Source: an uncultured Actinomycetes bacterium (lineage in GTDB: Bacteria > Actinomycetota > UBA4738 > HRBIN12). From it: DNA of 64,000 nucleotides. Under the pieces are notes generated by a model that had not been told where the DNA came from, did no database searches, and was given only the letters and a program-made list of their open reading frames with translations. Location: assembly GCA_963826185.1 (NCBI GenBank), contig CAWGVY010000001.1:261732-325731 (forward strand). The letters run 5' to 3'. This document shows, piece after piece, positions 1 to 10,253 of this stretch (position 1 is the first letter of the stretch; each line of letters begins with the position of its first letter). The position numbers were made by a program, and so were the translations under genes.

Positions 1-345
1 GCGCGGCTCCTGGTGCGACCGACCCTGCCGTACCCGGGGCTGCGCGAGCTGGTGGGGTCCTTGCGGGGTCGCGGCGTGGAGCCGGTGCGATGGTCCTCCC
101 GGACCGACCGCCGTGGCCCGATGTCGGTACTGGAGATCGATGGCGACTGCTCACCGGATCTGGGCGCGGAGATCGAGGACGTGATCTGGTCGTACCTGCA
201 CCCGGATGACCGCCTCCACCGTGATCGCATCGGCGTGGTGCGCAACCCGGAGCGTGGTGAGGACCGCAGCGAGGCGCTGGCGCTTGCGCAGCTCCTGATC
301 GTGTCGCACCTGGTGGGGGCCCTCGACGGTGCGTTCGAGCTGTAA
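1..345 (+). CDS. hypothetical protein, C-terminal fragment (frame open to the window edge)
   Basis: Frame 1 is open from nt 1 to the stop at 343-345. I recognise no family. It lies 11 nt upstream of the helicase gene. Confidence 0.4.
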   Translation, partial: ARLLVRPTLPYPGLRELVGSLRGRGVEPVRWSSRTDRRGPMSVLEIDGDCSPDLGAEIEDVIWSYLHPDDRLHRDRIGVVRNPERGEDRSEALALAQLLIVSHLVGALDGAFEL

Positions 346-356
346 CCTTTCCCGAG

Positions 357-1571
357 ATGGCCGTTTCGAAGTTCCCCTCGTTCCAAGATCTCGGCGTGTC
401 CGACGCCGTGGTGAACACCCTCGCCTCGCGAGGCATCATGGAGCCCTTCCCGATCCAGATCATGGTGATCGAGGACGCCACCGGGGGGCGCGACACACTC
501 GCGAAGTCGAAGACCGGATCTGGCAAGACGCTGGGGTTCGCGATCCCCATCGTGGAGCGGCTCGATCCGAAGGCGACCGCCCGACCCGAAGCCTTGGTGC
601 TGGTGCCCACCCGCGAGCTCGCCACCCAGGTCAAGGACGACTTCACCGACATCGCGAAGGCCAAGCATCTCCGCGTGAAGGCCGTCTACGGCGGCACGAA
701 CGTCAAGGAACAGGCGAGGGGTGCCGACCAGGCGCACATCCTGATCGCGACGCCGGGGCGGCTTGACGATCTGGTCGAGCGCAAGCTCGTGAGGTTGGGT
801 GGCGTGCGGATCTTCGTGCTGGATGAGGCCGATCGCATGCTGGACATGGGGTTCCAGCCCCAGGTGGATCGCATCGTCCGATACCTGCCCAAGGATCGGC
901 AGACGATGTTCTTCTCAGCCACGCTGGACGGTGCTGTCGGTCGGATCGCCGAGGTGTACACGCGCAACCCGGTCCGTCACGAGATCGAATTCGAAGGCAA
1001 GACGGTGGAGGAAGCCGACCACCGCTTCGTGGCAGCGGAGCCGCACGAGAAGCTCCAGAAACTGGTGGAGCTGGCGAACCAAGAGGCCGAGGGCTCGGGT
1101 CTGACGCTGGTCTTCGTGAACACGAAGCGGCACGTCGACACCCTCGCCCGTCAGCTCCGGAACGAGGGCGTGCCCGCGGTGACGATGCACGGCGACATGA
1201 CCCAGCAAGCGCGCGAGCGAGCCTTGCAGCGCTTCGAGGACAAACACGTCGGGGTGTTGATCGCTACCGACGTTGCCGCCCGCGGATTGGACCTGGACGA
1301 CATCACCCTCGTCGTGAACTACGACCCGCCCCAGGACGACAAGGGCTATGTCCACCGCGTCGGGCGGACGGCACGCGCGGGGCGGCCGGGCACAAGCGTG
1401 ACGTTCGTGACCCCCCAGCAACTGGGCGACGTAAGTCGGATGGCGGCCCGGCTGGATCTGCACGAGGAGTTCGAGCACGAGGGGAGCATGAAGGTGGCTC
1501 CACCACGCACCGTGTTCAGTGGCAGCGTGGGTGGGCGTCGAAGCGGGCTTCGCAAACCGAAGCGCCGCTAA
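357..1571 (+). CDS. DEAD-box ATP-dependent RNA helicase
   Basis: 404-aa ORF. Q-motif 'FPIQ', Walker A 'SKTGSGKT', 'VLDEADRMLDMGF' (DEAD), 'SAT', 'HGDM', 'HRVGRTARAG'. Basic C-terminal tail. Confidence 0.95.
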   Translation: MAVSKFPSFQDLGVSDAVVNTLASRGIMEPFPIQIMVIEDATGGRDTLAKSKTGSGKTLGFAIPIVERLDPKATARPEALVLVPTRELATQVKDDFTDIAKAKHLRVKAVYGGTNVKEQARGADQAHILIATPGRLDDLVERKLVRLGGVRIFVLDEADRMLDMGFQPQVDRIVRYLPKDRQTMFFSATLDGAVGRIAEVYTRNPVRHEIEFEGKTVEEADHRFVAAEPHEKLQKLVELANQEAEGSGLTLVFVNTKRHVDTLARQLRNEGVPAVTMHGDMTQQARERALQRFEDKHVGVLIATDVAARGLDLDDITLVVNYDPPQDDKGYVHRVGRTARAGRPGTSVTFVTPQQLGDVSRMAARLDLHEEFEHEGSMKVAPPRTVFSGSVGGRRSGLRKPKRR

Positions 1572-3820
1572 CCGTTCGACCCCTCGATCAGGCGCAGCCC
1601 CGAACGTCGGTGCAGCGCCAGGATGTCGGCGGCGGGCACCGGTCGCGAGAAGAGGAAGCCCTGGCCCAGCCCACACCCTCGGTCGGCCAGGAAGCGCCAT
1701 TCCGCTTCGGTCTCGATCCCCTCGGCCAACGGGCTCATCCCCAGGTTGTTCGCTAGCGAGATCATGGCCGACACCATGCTGCCGGCATCGCGGTCCCTGT
1801 CGACGTTGCGGATGAACGACCGGTCGATCTTGAGGATGTCTACCGGCATGTGTTTGAGCCGGGCCAGCGACGAGTACCCCGTCCCGAAGTCGTCGATCGC
1901 CAGCTTCAGGCCGCGATCGTGCATCTCCCGCAGGATCGCCACTGTGCGGTCGGGGTCGGTCATCGCGGTCGATTCGGTGATCTCGATCGTGACCCGTGTG
2001 GGATCCATCCCCGCGATCACCAAGGGGGAGACGACCTTGTCCACCAGGTCGGGTTGCCACAGTTGCCGGGGGGAGAGGTTGAACGCGACCTCGAGGTTGA
2101 GGCCCTCGGCTCGCCACATCGCATCCTGACGGCAGATCTCCTCCACCACCCAGTCCCCGATGGTCTCGATCAGACCCATCTCCTCGGCGAGCGGGATGAA
2201 CTCCCCGGGCGGCACCAAACCGCCGTTCGGCTCGGGCCAGCGGATCAACGCCTCCACCCCATAGGTGTTGCCGGTCTGGAGGTCGATCAGGGGCTGATAG
2301 TGCAGCATCCATTGCCTGCGCTCGACGGCCTTGCGCAATCGCGTGGACAGCGACAGTCGCGACATCGCCTCGGCATCCTTCGCCACGTGGAGCGTGTAGC
2401 CGCCTGGGCCGGCCTTCTTGCTCCGGAACATGGCCGTGTCGGCGTTGGCGAGCAGGGTGGCTCCGTCCTCGGCGTCGTTGGGGAACAGGCTGATCCCCAG
2501 GCTGGCCGTGACGTAGAGCTCGGTACCGGCCACCTCGAATGGCTCTCGCAAGGTCTGCTGGATCCGCACGGCAACCGCCTCAGCGGTGATGGACGCGGCG
2601 TCCCGGCCCCCACTCAGGTGACGCGTGCGATCCAGATCCGACAGGAGGACCACGAACTCGTCGCCGCCCGGTCGTGCGATCAGGTCCGTGTCCCGGGTGG
2701 CCCGCTGCAGTCGTTCCGCAAGCTGGCAGATCAGCGCGTCCCCGGCCTCGTGGCCGAGGGAGTCGTTCACCAGCTTGAACTCGTCGAGATCGAGCGCGAT
2801 GACCGCGACGCTGACGCCGCCGCGACGTCCTCGCGCGAGCGCGAGTTCCATCAACTCGTCGAACATCGCGCGGTTCGGCAACCCCGTGAGCTTGTCGTGA
2901 TAGGCCAGGAACGCGATCTGCTCCTCGGCCTGTTTCCGATCGGTGATGTCGAGCATGACGCCCTGGACCATCTGGGGGGTCCCCTCCTCGTCGCTCAGTA
3001 CCACGGCGGAGTCCCGGAACCATAGGACCCTCCCGTCGCGCGCTATCAACCGATACTCGAAGACGAACGGCTCGCCGCCATCACGGCCCCGGCGGTACGC
3101 TTCCAGCGCAGCTTCACGATCGTCCGGGTGAAGGATCTTCGACCATAGCTCCGGGTCCCCGACGTACTCGTGCGCGGTGTATCCCAGGAGCGATTCGATC
3201 TGCGGGCTGACGTAGCTCGTGGTCATCCGGTCATCCGCCAGATCGACATACACGATCGCCGGGATCTGCTCGACCAGCGCGCCGTACTTCGAGCGCGCCT
3301 CCTGGAGCTGCACTTGCGTCTGGAAGAGTTCCGTCACGTCCAGCATCAGGCCGAGCCAGAACTGGGGCTCGCCGGCGGCATCGCGGACCAGGATGCAATC
3401 CTCGCGGATCCAGATCGTGCGTCCGTCCCGGTGGAGCGCTCGATACTCCACCTGGAAGCGGCTGCCCTCCGCGACCGCGCGGTCGCTTGCGGCCACGACG
3501 CGATCCAGATCGTCGGGATGGATGACCTCCACCCACCCGAGGTAGGACGAGAGCCACTCCTCACGCGGGACGCCCAGCATGGACTCGATCGCCGGGCTCA
3601 CGTCGATCATGTTGGCGCCGTCCTCGACCGCATCCAGATAGATCACGGCAGGGAGCCGTTCGATCAACCCCCGATACCGCCGTTCGAGCTCGAGGTACCG
3701 GGCCTGGAGCTCCTCGTGGGCGTCGAGCGTCCCAGCGCCGCCTTCCACGAAGAACCCACCGCGGGCGATGAGCGCGTCGGTTCCATCCGAAAGGTCGTGC
3801 GTGGTCAAGGGCCTACCCAC
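1568..3820 (-). CDS. PAS/PAS-GGDEF-EAL signalling protein (diguanylate cyclase/phosphodiesterase)
   Basis: 750-aa ORF. Two PAS-like repeats ('IHPDD...', 'ILHPDDRE'), 'GGDEF' in 'ARPGGDEFVVLL', 'EALIRW' and 'DDFGTGYSSL' EAL motifs. Its stop overlaps the helicase stop (CTAA). Confidence 0.93.
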   Translation of the reverse strand: MGRPLTTHDLSDGTDALIARGGFFVEGGAGTLDAHEELQARYLELERRYRGLIERLPAVIYLDAVEDGANMIDVSPAIESMLGVPREEWLSSYLGWVEVIHPDDLDRVVAASDRAVAEGSRFQVEYRALHRDGRTIWIREDCILVRDAAGEPQFWLGLMLDVTELFQTQVQLQEARSKYGALVEQIPAIVYVDLADDRMTTSYVSPQIESLLGYTAHEYVGDPELWSKILHPDDREAALEAYRRGRDGGEPFVFEYRLIARDGRVLWFRDSAVVLSDEEGTPQMVQGVMLDITDRKQAEEQIAFLAYHDKLTGLPNRAMFDELMELALARGRRGGVSVAVIALDLDEFKLVNDSLGHEAGDALICQLAERLQRATRDTDLIARPGGDEFVVLLSDLDRTRHLSGGRDAASITAEAVAVRIQQTLREPFEVAGTELYVTASLGISLFPNDAEDGATLLANADTAMFRSKKAGPGGYTLHVAKDAEAMSRLSLSTRLRKAVERRQWMLHYQPLIDLQTGNTYGVEALIRWPEPNGGLVPPGEFIPLAEEMGLIETIGDWVVEEICRQDAMWRAEGLNLEVAFNLSPRQLWQPDLVDKVVSPLVIAGMDPTRVTIEITESTAMTDPDRTVAILREMHDRGLKLAIDDFGTGYSSLARLKHMPVDILKIDRSFIRNVDRDRDAGSMVSAMISLANNLGMSPLAEGIETEAEWRFLADRGCGLGQGFLFSRPVPAADILALHRRSGLRLIEGSNG

Positions 3821-3899
3821 GTCCGCGTAGTCACTCTTAGGGGTGTCGGCTCGGCCGTTCCACGGCTTGAACGGTCCTGGAGCGCTGGTTCGAGCCTGA

Positions 3900-4754
3900 T
3901 CAGCAGCCGGTTTCGTCGGGCAGGAGGGGGCGGAACGCGATGGCGAAGCGTCGCCCGTCGCTCACCCACGGCGTCAGTTGGTTGGCGTGGGAGGCCTCGG
4001 GGGCCACTTCGGAAGACCAGTCGGTCCCCTGCACCACGCCGCAGCGGGACCCGTCCGTCGCGGGGTGGCCGAATCCTGCCAGCGGCACGTCCAGGGGCCA
4101 GGCGACGGGTTGCTGGGGCAGATCCTGGGAGGCCCGGTAGTCACTCACGTACAAACGCGCCTGCGATCCGTTGAATGGGGTCACCGGACCGAGGGACCCG
4201 TCCGGGAGCCAGTCGGCCAGCGAGCCGAGTTCCGACACCAGAGCGGACAGCTTCTGACGCGCTTCGAACTCCTTCTGGGACATCCCCGCGGTCCGTTCGG
4301 TGATCTCGGTGAGGGCATAGACCCGAACCGTGCGCCGGACACCGTCTGCGTTGAACGTGAACACCGTGGTGGTTGCGTCGGCGATCATGGTGACCCCGAG
4401 GTCGACGAGGTCGGGGGTCTCTTCGAGGCCGGCATCGATCCCCGCCTGCAGGATCGCCTGGATGCCGTCCTCATCGACGGTCTGACGCGTGATGGCCGGG
4501 ATGGCCGGCGGTGGGTAGATCTCGGTCTGAGGCCCGGGCGCGATGGTGGTGCCGTCCCCGTAGAGGGTGAACGCCGGGATCGCCAGCAGGGTGTAGGAGG
4601 GCGCCACGAAGCCTCCTTCGTGGCTGACCCGCAACAGCACGTCACGAGGGCCGTCCGCATGTGTGAGGTTCCCGGAGGTCTGGGGATCTGCGTCGGCACA
4701 GGACACGCCGAGCACGACGATCGTGACGAGTGCCACATGGGTCCGGAGCTTCAT
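3900..4754 (-). CDS. hypothetical lipoprotein
   Basis: Internal ATG of the 604-aa track ORF gives 'MKLRTHVALVTIVVLGVSC' (signal peptide plus lipobox L-G-V-S-C). The upstream part of the long ORF is antisense to tdh and was discarded. Confidence 0.7.
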   Translation of the reverse strand: MKLRTHVALVTIVVLGVSCADADPQTSGNLTHADGPRDVLLRVSHEGGFVAPSYTLLAIPAFTLYGDGTTIAPGPQTEIYPPPAIPAITRQTVDEDGIQAILQAGIDAGLEETPDLVDLGVTMIADATTTVFTFNADGVRRTVRVYALTEITERTAGMSQKEFEARQKLSALVSELGSLADWLPDGSLGPVTPFNGSQARLYVSDYRASQDLPQQPVAWPLDVPLAGFGHPATDGSRCGVVQGTDWSSEVAPEASHANQLTPWVSDGRRFAIAFRPLLPDETGC

Positions 4755-4844
4755 GGGTCCTCCTGGTCGCGGGATCGTACGTTCGACGCCGCACCCGGAG
4801 CCGCGGTTCCCGAGGGGCGGTACCCTGCGCGGGTGAGCCGGACG

Positions 4845-5894
4845 ATGCGGGCGCTGAGGAAGACCGGCCGGGTCCAGGGTGCCGAACTGGTGGAGATACC
4901 GGTGCCGGAGCCCCACGAGGACGAGGTGCTGATCCGCGTACACGGCGCGTCCATCTGCGGGACCGATCTCCACATCTACGACTGGAACGAATGGGCGGAC
5001 AAGCGGATCCCCCACGTGCCGATGACCTTCGGGCACGAGATGGCCGGGACGGTGGAGCAGGTGGGCGACGAGGTCCATCATCTCCAACCGGGCGCCTTCG
5101 TCGCGGCGGAGACGCACATCGCCTGCGGCCATTGCCCCACGTGCCAGACGGGGAGGGCCCACATCTGTCAGAACCTGCGGATCCTGGGCGTCGACACCGA
5201 AGGGGTGTTCGCTGACTACGTCGTGATCCCCGCCACCAACGCATGGGTGGTCGGCGAGGGCATCGCTCCGGATGTCGCCTCGATCATGGAGCCGTTCGGC
5301 AACGGGGTGCACGCTGCCTTCGGGACGGGGGGTGGCGAAGACATCGCCACGAACGCGGTTGCGGTGATCGGGTGCGGTCCCATCGGGATGTTCGCGGTCG
5401 CGATCGCGCGCTCGCTGGGCGCCTGGAAGGTGTTCGCGATCGAGCCCAACGGTTACCGGCGCGGCAAGGCCGAGGAGATGGGAGCCGACGTGGTCATCGA
5501 CCCCTCGGAGGTGGATCCGGTAGCCAGGGTCATGGATCTCACGAATGGGAGCGGCGCGGAGGTCGTCCTGGAGATGAGCGGGAACGCGCGCGCGATCGAC
5601 CAGGGAACCCGGATGCTGGCGCGGGGTGGCAGGATGTCCCTGCTGGGTCTGCCCGACGGCGCGGTCACGCTCGATCTCAATGACCAGGTCATCTTCAAGG
5701 AAGCTCGGATCCACGGCATCACCGGGCGGGAGATGTTCCGCACGTGGCAGCAGACCACGACGCTCCTATCGACGGGGCGCGTCGACGTGGCGCCCGTGAT
5801 CACGCACCGTCTTCCGCTGGCGCGGTTCGAAGAGGCGTTCGCCATCACCGCGTCGGGGGACGCGGGGAAAGTCGTCATGTTCCCGGAAGGGTGA
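4845..5894 (+). CDS. tdh: L-threonine 3-dehydrogenase (Zn-dependent MDR family)
   Basis: In-frame ATG at 4845 gives 'MRALRKTG...'. Motifs 'ICGTDLHIY', 'GHEMAGTV', 'CGHCPTCQTGRAHIC'. 349 aa. Followed 7 nt later by kbl. Confidence 0.92.
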   Translation: MRALRKTGRVQGAELVEIPVPEPHEDEVLIRVHGASICGTDLHIYDWNEWADKRIPHVPMTFGHEMAGTVEQVGDEVHHLQPGAFVAAETHIACGHCPTCQTGRAHICQNLRILGVDTEGVFADYVVIPATNAWVVGEGIAPDVASIMEPFGNGVHAAFGTGGGEDIATNAVAVIGCGPIGMFAVAIARSLGAWKVFAIEPNGYRRGKAEEMGADVVIDPSEVDPVARVMDLTNGSGAEVVLEMSGNARAIDQGTRMLARGGRMSLLGLPDGAVTLDLNDQVIFKEARIHGITGREMFRTWQQTTTLLSTGRVDVAPVITHRLPLARFEEAFAITASGDAGKVVMFPEG

Positions 5895-5901
5895 GGTAGA
5901 C

Positions 5902-7080
5902 GTGGGAGCTCTGGACTACCTGAACGACGAACTGGCCTCCCTGGAGGCCGATGGCCTCCTCCTCCACCCCCGGACGCTAGGGGGGCCCCAGGGGGCACGT
6001 GCCGTGTACGACGGTCGTGAGGTGATCAACCTCGCCTCGAACAACTACCTGGGCCTGTCCAACCACCCGCGGGTGAACCGGGCCGCATCGGAGGCCGCCC
6101 TCGCGTTCGGCGCGGGATCGGGGGCCGTGCGGACGATCGCGGGGACGATGTCGATGCATCGCGAGCTCGAGCAGCGATTCGCGGCCTTCAAGCATGCCGA
6201 GGATGCGCTGATGTTCCAGTCGGGGTTCACGTCGAACGCCGGGACCGTGGCGGCGATCCTTACCAAGGAGGACGTGATCGTCTCCGACAGGCTGAATCAC
6301 GCGTCGATCATCGATGGGGCCCGGCTCTCCCGAGCGGAGATCAAGGTGTTCGAGCATCGCGACGTCGACCATGCCGACGCACTGCTCGCCGAGACCGCCG
6401 CACCTGGCCGCCGACAGTTGTTGATCACCGACGGCGTGTTCTCGATGGACGGGGACATCGCCCCCCTTCCGGATCTGGTCGCCGTGGCGGAGCACCGCGG
6501 GGCCATCATGATGGTCGACGATGCCCATGCCTCGGGCGTGCTGGGCAGCGGTGGCGCGGGAACGGTGGACCACTTCGGACTGCACGGCCGGGTCGATGTC
6601 CAGGTGGGGACGCTGTCGAAAGCGATCGGTGTGCTCGGTGGTTTCATCGCGGGGCCGCCTCAGCTGATCACCTGGCTCCAGAACCGCGGTCGTCCGTTCC
6701 TCTTCTCGACCTCCGCTCCTCCCGCCGTGGTTGCCGCTTGTATCACGGCCTTGGATGTGATCGCAGACGAACCGGAGCGTCTGGCTCGCCTCTGGACCAA
6801 CACCGCGAGGTTCAAGGAGGGGTTGCACGAGCTCGGCTTCGATACCGGCAACTCCCAGACCCCCATCACGCCGGTGATCACCGGGGATGCGCCTGCCACG
6901 CAGGCCTTCGCGGAGCGGCTCTTCGATGAGGGCGTGTTCTGCCCGGCGATCGTGTTCCCGACCGTGGGAAAAGGTCAGGCACGCGTGCGGACGATCGTCA
7001 CCGCCGACCATTCGGACCGAGACCTGGACGAGGCGCTCGAGGTCTTCGGTCGGGTGGGGCGGGAGCTGGGATTGCGGTGA
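5902..7080 (+). CDS. kbl: glycine C-acetyltransferase / 2-amino-3-ketobutyrate CoA ligase
   Basis: 392-aa ORF with a GTG start. 'NNYLGLSNHP' and the PLP-lysine context 'GTLSKAIG'. Classic tdh-kbl pairing. Confidence 0.92.
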   Translation: MGALDYLNDELASLEADGLLLHPRTLGGPQGARAVYDGREVINLASNNYLGLSNHPRVNRAASEAALAFGAGSGAVRTIAGTMSMHRELEQRFAAFKHAEDALMFQSGFTSNAGTVAAILTKEDVIVSDRLNHASIIDGARLSRAEIKVFEHRDVDHADALLAETAAPGRRQLLITDGVFSMDGDIAPLPDLVAVAEHRGAIMMVDDAHASGVLGSGGAGTVDHFGLHGRVDVQVGTLSKAIGVLGGFIAGPPQLITWLQNRGRPFLFSTSAPPAVVAACITALDVIADEPERLARLWTNTARFKEGLHELGFDTGNSQTPITPVITGDAPATQAFAERLFDEGVFCPAIVFPTVGKGQARVRTIVTADHSDRDLDEALEVFGRVGRELGLR

Positions 7081-7084
7081 TCGC

Positions 7085-7750
7085 TCAGCCGCGTCCGTAT
7101 CGGGCTCGGATCCCCTCCAGCATCAGGTCGAGCCCGAGCTCGAACTGCGCGTCGAGATCGCATTCCGCCAGGTAGGGAAGCGCGGCGGCCACGCAAGGGA
7201 GCGAAGCGGCATCGATCAGATGCTGCATCTGGGCGAGCCCCGCCTTCCCCCCGTGCTTCCCGAAATCCATCTGGTGCTCCATCATCGTGGAGCCCATGAT
7301 GTAGCCGCCGAAGGCGTGGAAGACCTGGACGACCTCGTCTTTCGGAACACCCATCGAACGGAGGACGGCGAGGGCGACCTCCATGGCCCCGAACGCCTCG
7401 GTGGACGTGGGCGGTTCGTGCTCCTCGGCCAACAGCTCCAGCATGTTGGGATGCGCCTGCAGCAGGTTCCGCCACGCACGAGCCACCGACCGGCCGTTCG
7501 CGAAGGGGTCGGAAGGATCGAGTTCGGGGAACGCGAACTCGGAGAACACCAGGGTCCGGATCCCGTCCAGCAGGTCGTCCTTGTCCCGGACGTGGTTGTA
7601 CAGCGACATCGCCTCGACGCCCACGTCACGCGCGACCCGGCGCATCGTCACCGCCTCCAGGCCGTCGCGGTCCATCACGTCCAGGGCGGCTCGCACGATC
7701 CGTTCGCGCGTCAACCTCTCACGCGCCTTCGCTGGGGCTTCCGTCACCAT
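7085..7750 (-). CDS. TetR family transcriptional regulator
   Basis: Internal ATG 'MVTEAPAKARERLTRERIVRAALDVMDRDGLEAVTMRRVARDVGVEAMSLYNHV' (TetR HTH). 221 aa. Divergent from the MMPL gene. Confidence 0.88.
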   Translation of the reverse strand: MVTEAPAKARERLTRERIVRAALDVMDRDGLEAVTMRRVARDVGVEAMSLYNHVRDKDDLLDGIRTLVFSEFAFPELDPSDPFANGRSVARAWRNLLQAHPNMLELLAEEHEPPTSTEAFGAMEVALAVLRSMGVPKDEVVQVFHAFGGYIMGSTMMEHQMDFGKHGGKAGLAQMQHLIDAASLPCVAAALPYLAECDLDAQFELGLDLMLEGIRARYGRG

Positions 7751-7779
7751 CTGTTCATCTCGCTCGCTTCGTGCAAGGG

Positions 7780-7808
7780 TTGACACACTTACAACGTATG
7801 CATATCCT
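7780..7808 (+). promoter_or_regulatory. sigma-70-like promoter candidate for the MMPL gene
   Basis: TTGACA (7780-7785), exact 17-nt spacer, TATCCT (7803-7808). 72 nt upstream of the ATG at 7880, which is preceded by GAAGGAGGGG. Confidence 0.5.
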
Positions 7809-7823
7809 CGCGTACATCGTAAG
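7788..7823. promoter_or_regulatory. imperfect inverted repeat, candidate TetR operator
   Basis: CTTACAACGTA (7788-7798) faces TACATCGTAAG (7813-7823). Outer 5 nt and inner TA are complementary. It overlaps the -10 element. Confidence 0.4.
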
Positions 7824-7879
7824 CATACACCGTACGTCAATGGCGCCGGGAGCCGACGCCTGAAGGAGGGGAACGCGGG

Positions 7880-10161
7880 ATGAAGATCAATCCCGAATCG
7901 CTGGCCAGGGCTAGCAGCCGACACCCGTGGCGCGTCATCGGCAGCTGGGTGGTGTTGTTCTTGGTCATGGGAGGGATCACGGGGGCCCTCCTCAGCGGTG
8001 TACTGAACAACGACATCTCGTTCACCAACAAGCCCGAGTCGATCAAGGCGCAGGACGTGATCGATGCGAAGTTCGCGGCCAAGGAAGCCGGTGCCAGCAC
8101 CGAGTACGTGATCGTCCAGTCCTCGGACCTGACGGTGGACGACGCCGACTTCCAGAACTACGTGAAGCAACTACAGGGCGCGCTGGCGGCGAGGACCGAC
8201 CTCGTAACCGAACCACCCGCGACCTACTACGACGTGGTCAAGCAGGCTCCGGATCAGGCGGCGGGGCTCGTGTCCCAGGACAAGAGCGCGACCCTGATCC
8301 CTGTGGCGATCACCGAAGACAACACGGAGACGATCGACGGTCTCCGCACCGTGATCGATGAGAACGCATCCGACGCGTTCACCACCCAGTTGGCGGGCCA
8401 GGCCACCCTGAACGCCGACTTCACGACGGTCGCCGAAGAAGACGCTCGAAAAGGTGAATCGATCGGCATCGTGGTGGCTCTGATCGTGCTCGTCGTGGTG
8501 TTCGGCGCGATCATCGCAGCGCTCCTGCCGATCGGGGTCGCCATCATGGCCATCGTGATCGCGCTGGGGATCACCTCGTTGGTCGGGCCAGTTGGTGGAG
8601 TTCAACCTCTTCGTCACCAACATCATCTCGATGATCGGTCTGGCGGTGGGCATCGACTACTCCTTGTTCATCGTGTCCCGCTTCCGCGAAGAGCGGAAGA
8701 AGGGGTTCGAGAAGCTCGACGCGATCGGCGCGGCAGGCGCCACGGCGAGCCGGGCGGTGTTCTTCAGCGGCATGACGGTGGTCCTCGCCTTGCTCGGGAT
8801 GTTCATCATCCCCACCACGATCTTCCGTGCGCTGGCATCAGGAGCGATCTTCGTGACCCTGGTCTCCATCGCGGCTTCGATGACGCTGTTGCCCGCGATG
8901 CTGGCCAAGCTCGGTGACCGGATCAACTGGCCCCGCCTGTCCAAACGGGCTCGGCTGGACACGCCCCACGATCGGCAAGGGGGGGTTTGGGATCGGATCT
9001 CTCGTTCCGTCATGGCGCGTCCGTGGGTGTTCCTGACCGTGAGCGTGCTGATCCTGGGCGGCCTCGGTTCGTTCTACTTCCAGATGAACAAGGGCAGCTC
9101 CACCGGGATCAGCCAGTTGCCCGACACGATCGCGTCCAAGGCGGCCTTCATCACGCTGGAGAAGGAGTTCGCAGGAGGCCTGACCGACCCGGCACAGATC
9201 GTGATCACCGGCAACGTGCAGGCTCCCGAGGTCCAGGCAGCCGTCGAGGATCTGCAGGCCGAGATCGCGAAGGATCCGGCGTTCGCGACGCAGACCACCG
9301 TGACGCCTTCCGAGGACGGGACGGCGATCCAGGTGTCCGCGTTCTTCAAGGGCGAGACGCAGAACGACGCGGCGTTCGCCGGGATCAAGGGATTGCGCAG
9401 CGGGTGCGGTTCCAGCGGCGTTCAGCGGCGTGCCCGGCGTCGAGGTGTTCGTCGGAGGGAACACGGCGATCTTCGCCGACTTCCTCGACGTGACCGACAC
9501 GTACCAGTGGGTCGTCCTGGCGTTCGTGCTGGGTCTGTCGTTCCTCCTGCTGATGGTGGTGTTCCGCTCGGTCGTCGTTCCGCTCAAGGCGATCGTCATG
9601 AACCTGCTCTCCGTGGCCGCCGCGTACGGGGCAGTCACGCTGGTCTTCCAGAAGGGTGTGGGGATCGGCTTCTTCAACTCGATCGGGTTCCACTTCCATC
9701 AGAGCGAGGCGATCGAGGCTTGGCTCCCTCTGTTCCTGTTCTCGATCCTGTTCGGGCTCTCGATGGACTACCACGTGTTCCTGTTGAGCCGGATCCGTGA
9801 GGAGTACGACAAGACCCACGACAACACCGAGGCCGTGGCCTATGGGCTGCGCACGACCGCCGGGATCATCACCGGCGCCGCGATCATCATGGTGGTGGTG
9901 TTCACGGGGTTCGCATCGGGCAGCCTGGGACCGCTCCAGCAGATGGGCTTCGGACTGGCGGTGGCGGTCTTCCTTGACGCCACGATCGTGCGGACGCTGC
10001 TGGTGCCAGCATCGATGCGGCTGCTCGGCGACCGCAACTGGTACCTGCCGAAGTGGCTCGAGTGGCTCCCGAAACTGAACGTGGAGGGTCACGAGCCCGA
10101 ACTCGCCGTCACGGTGCCCGACACGCCTGCCGAGCTTGTGGAGGCAGGCGAGAAGGAGTGA
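7880..10161 (+). pseudogene. MMPL/RND-superfamily membrane transporter, interrupted by two +1 frame breaks (three track ORFs)
   Basis: ORFs 7880-8917 (frame 2), 8592-9800 (frame 0) and 9430-10161 (frame 1) join into one MMPL protein: '...ITSLVG|QLVEFNLFVTNIISMIGLAVGIDYSLFIVSRFREE...' and '...GIKGLRS|GAVPAAFSGVPGVEVFVGG...SMDYHVFLLSRIREE'. Breaks are at about 8588 (CC) and 9402-9404 (GGG). Confidence 0.85.
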
Positions 10162-10181
10162 CGCGCCGTCCCTGGCCGATC

Positions 10182-10209
10182 GAGGAGGGGGTGCCCGTGC
10201 CCCCTCCTC
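10182..10209. terminator. bidirectional hairpin between convergent genes
   Basis: Perfect 10-bp stem GAGGAGGGGG (10182-10191) / CCCCCTCCTC (10200-10209) with an 8-nt loop. Lies between the MMPL stop and the AlkD-like stop. Confidence 0.65.
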
Positions 10210-10253
10210 CGGACCAGGGAGTACTCGAAGCCATGGCCGGCTGAAGTGGCAAC

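Noticed and set aside
3900-5894. The 604-aa (minus) and 638-aa (plus) ORFs spanning the lipoprotein/tdh region as real long proteins.
   Set aside because: Only the 3' parts have coding sense (lipoprotein from ATG 4754, Tdh from ATG 4845). The 5' extensions are mutually antisense low-complexity sequence.
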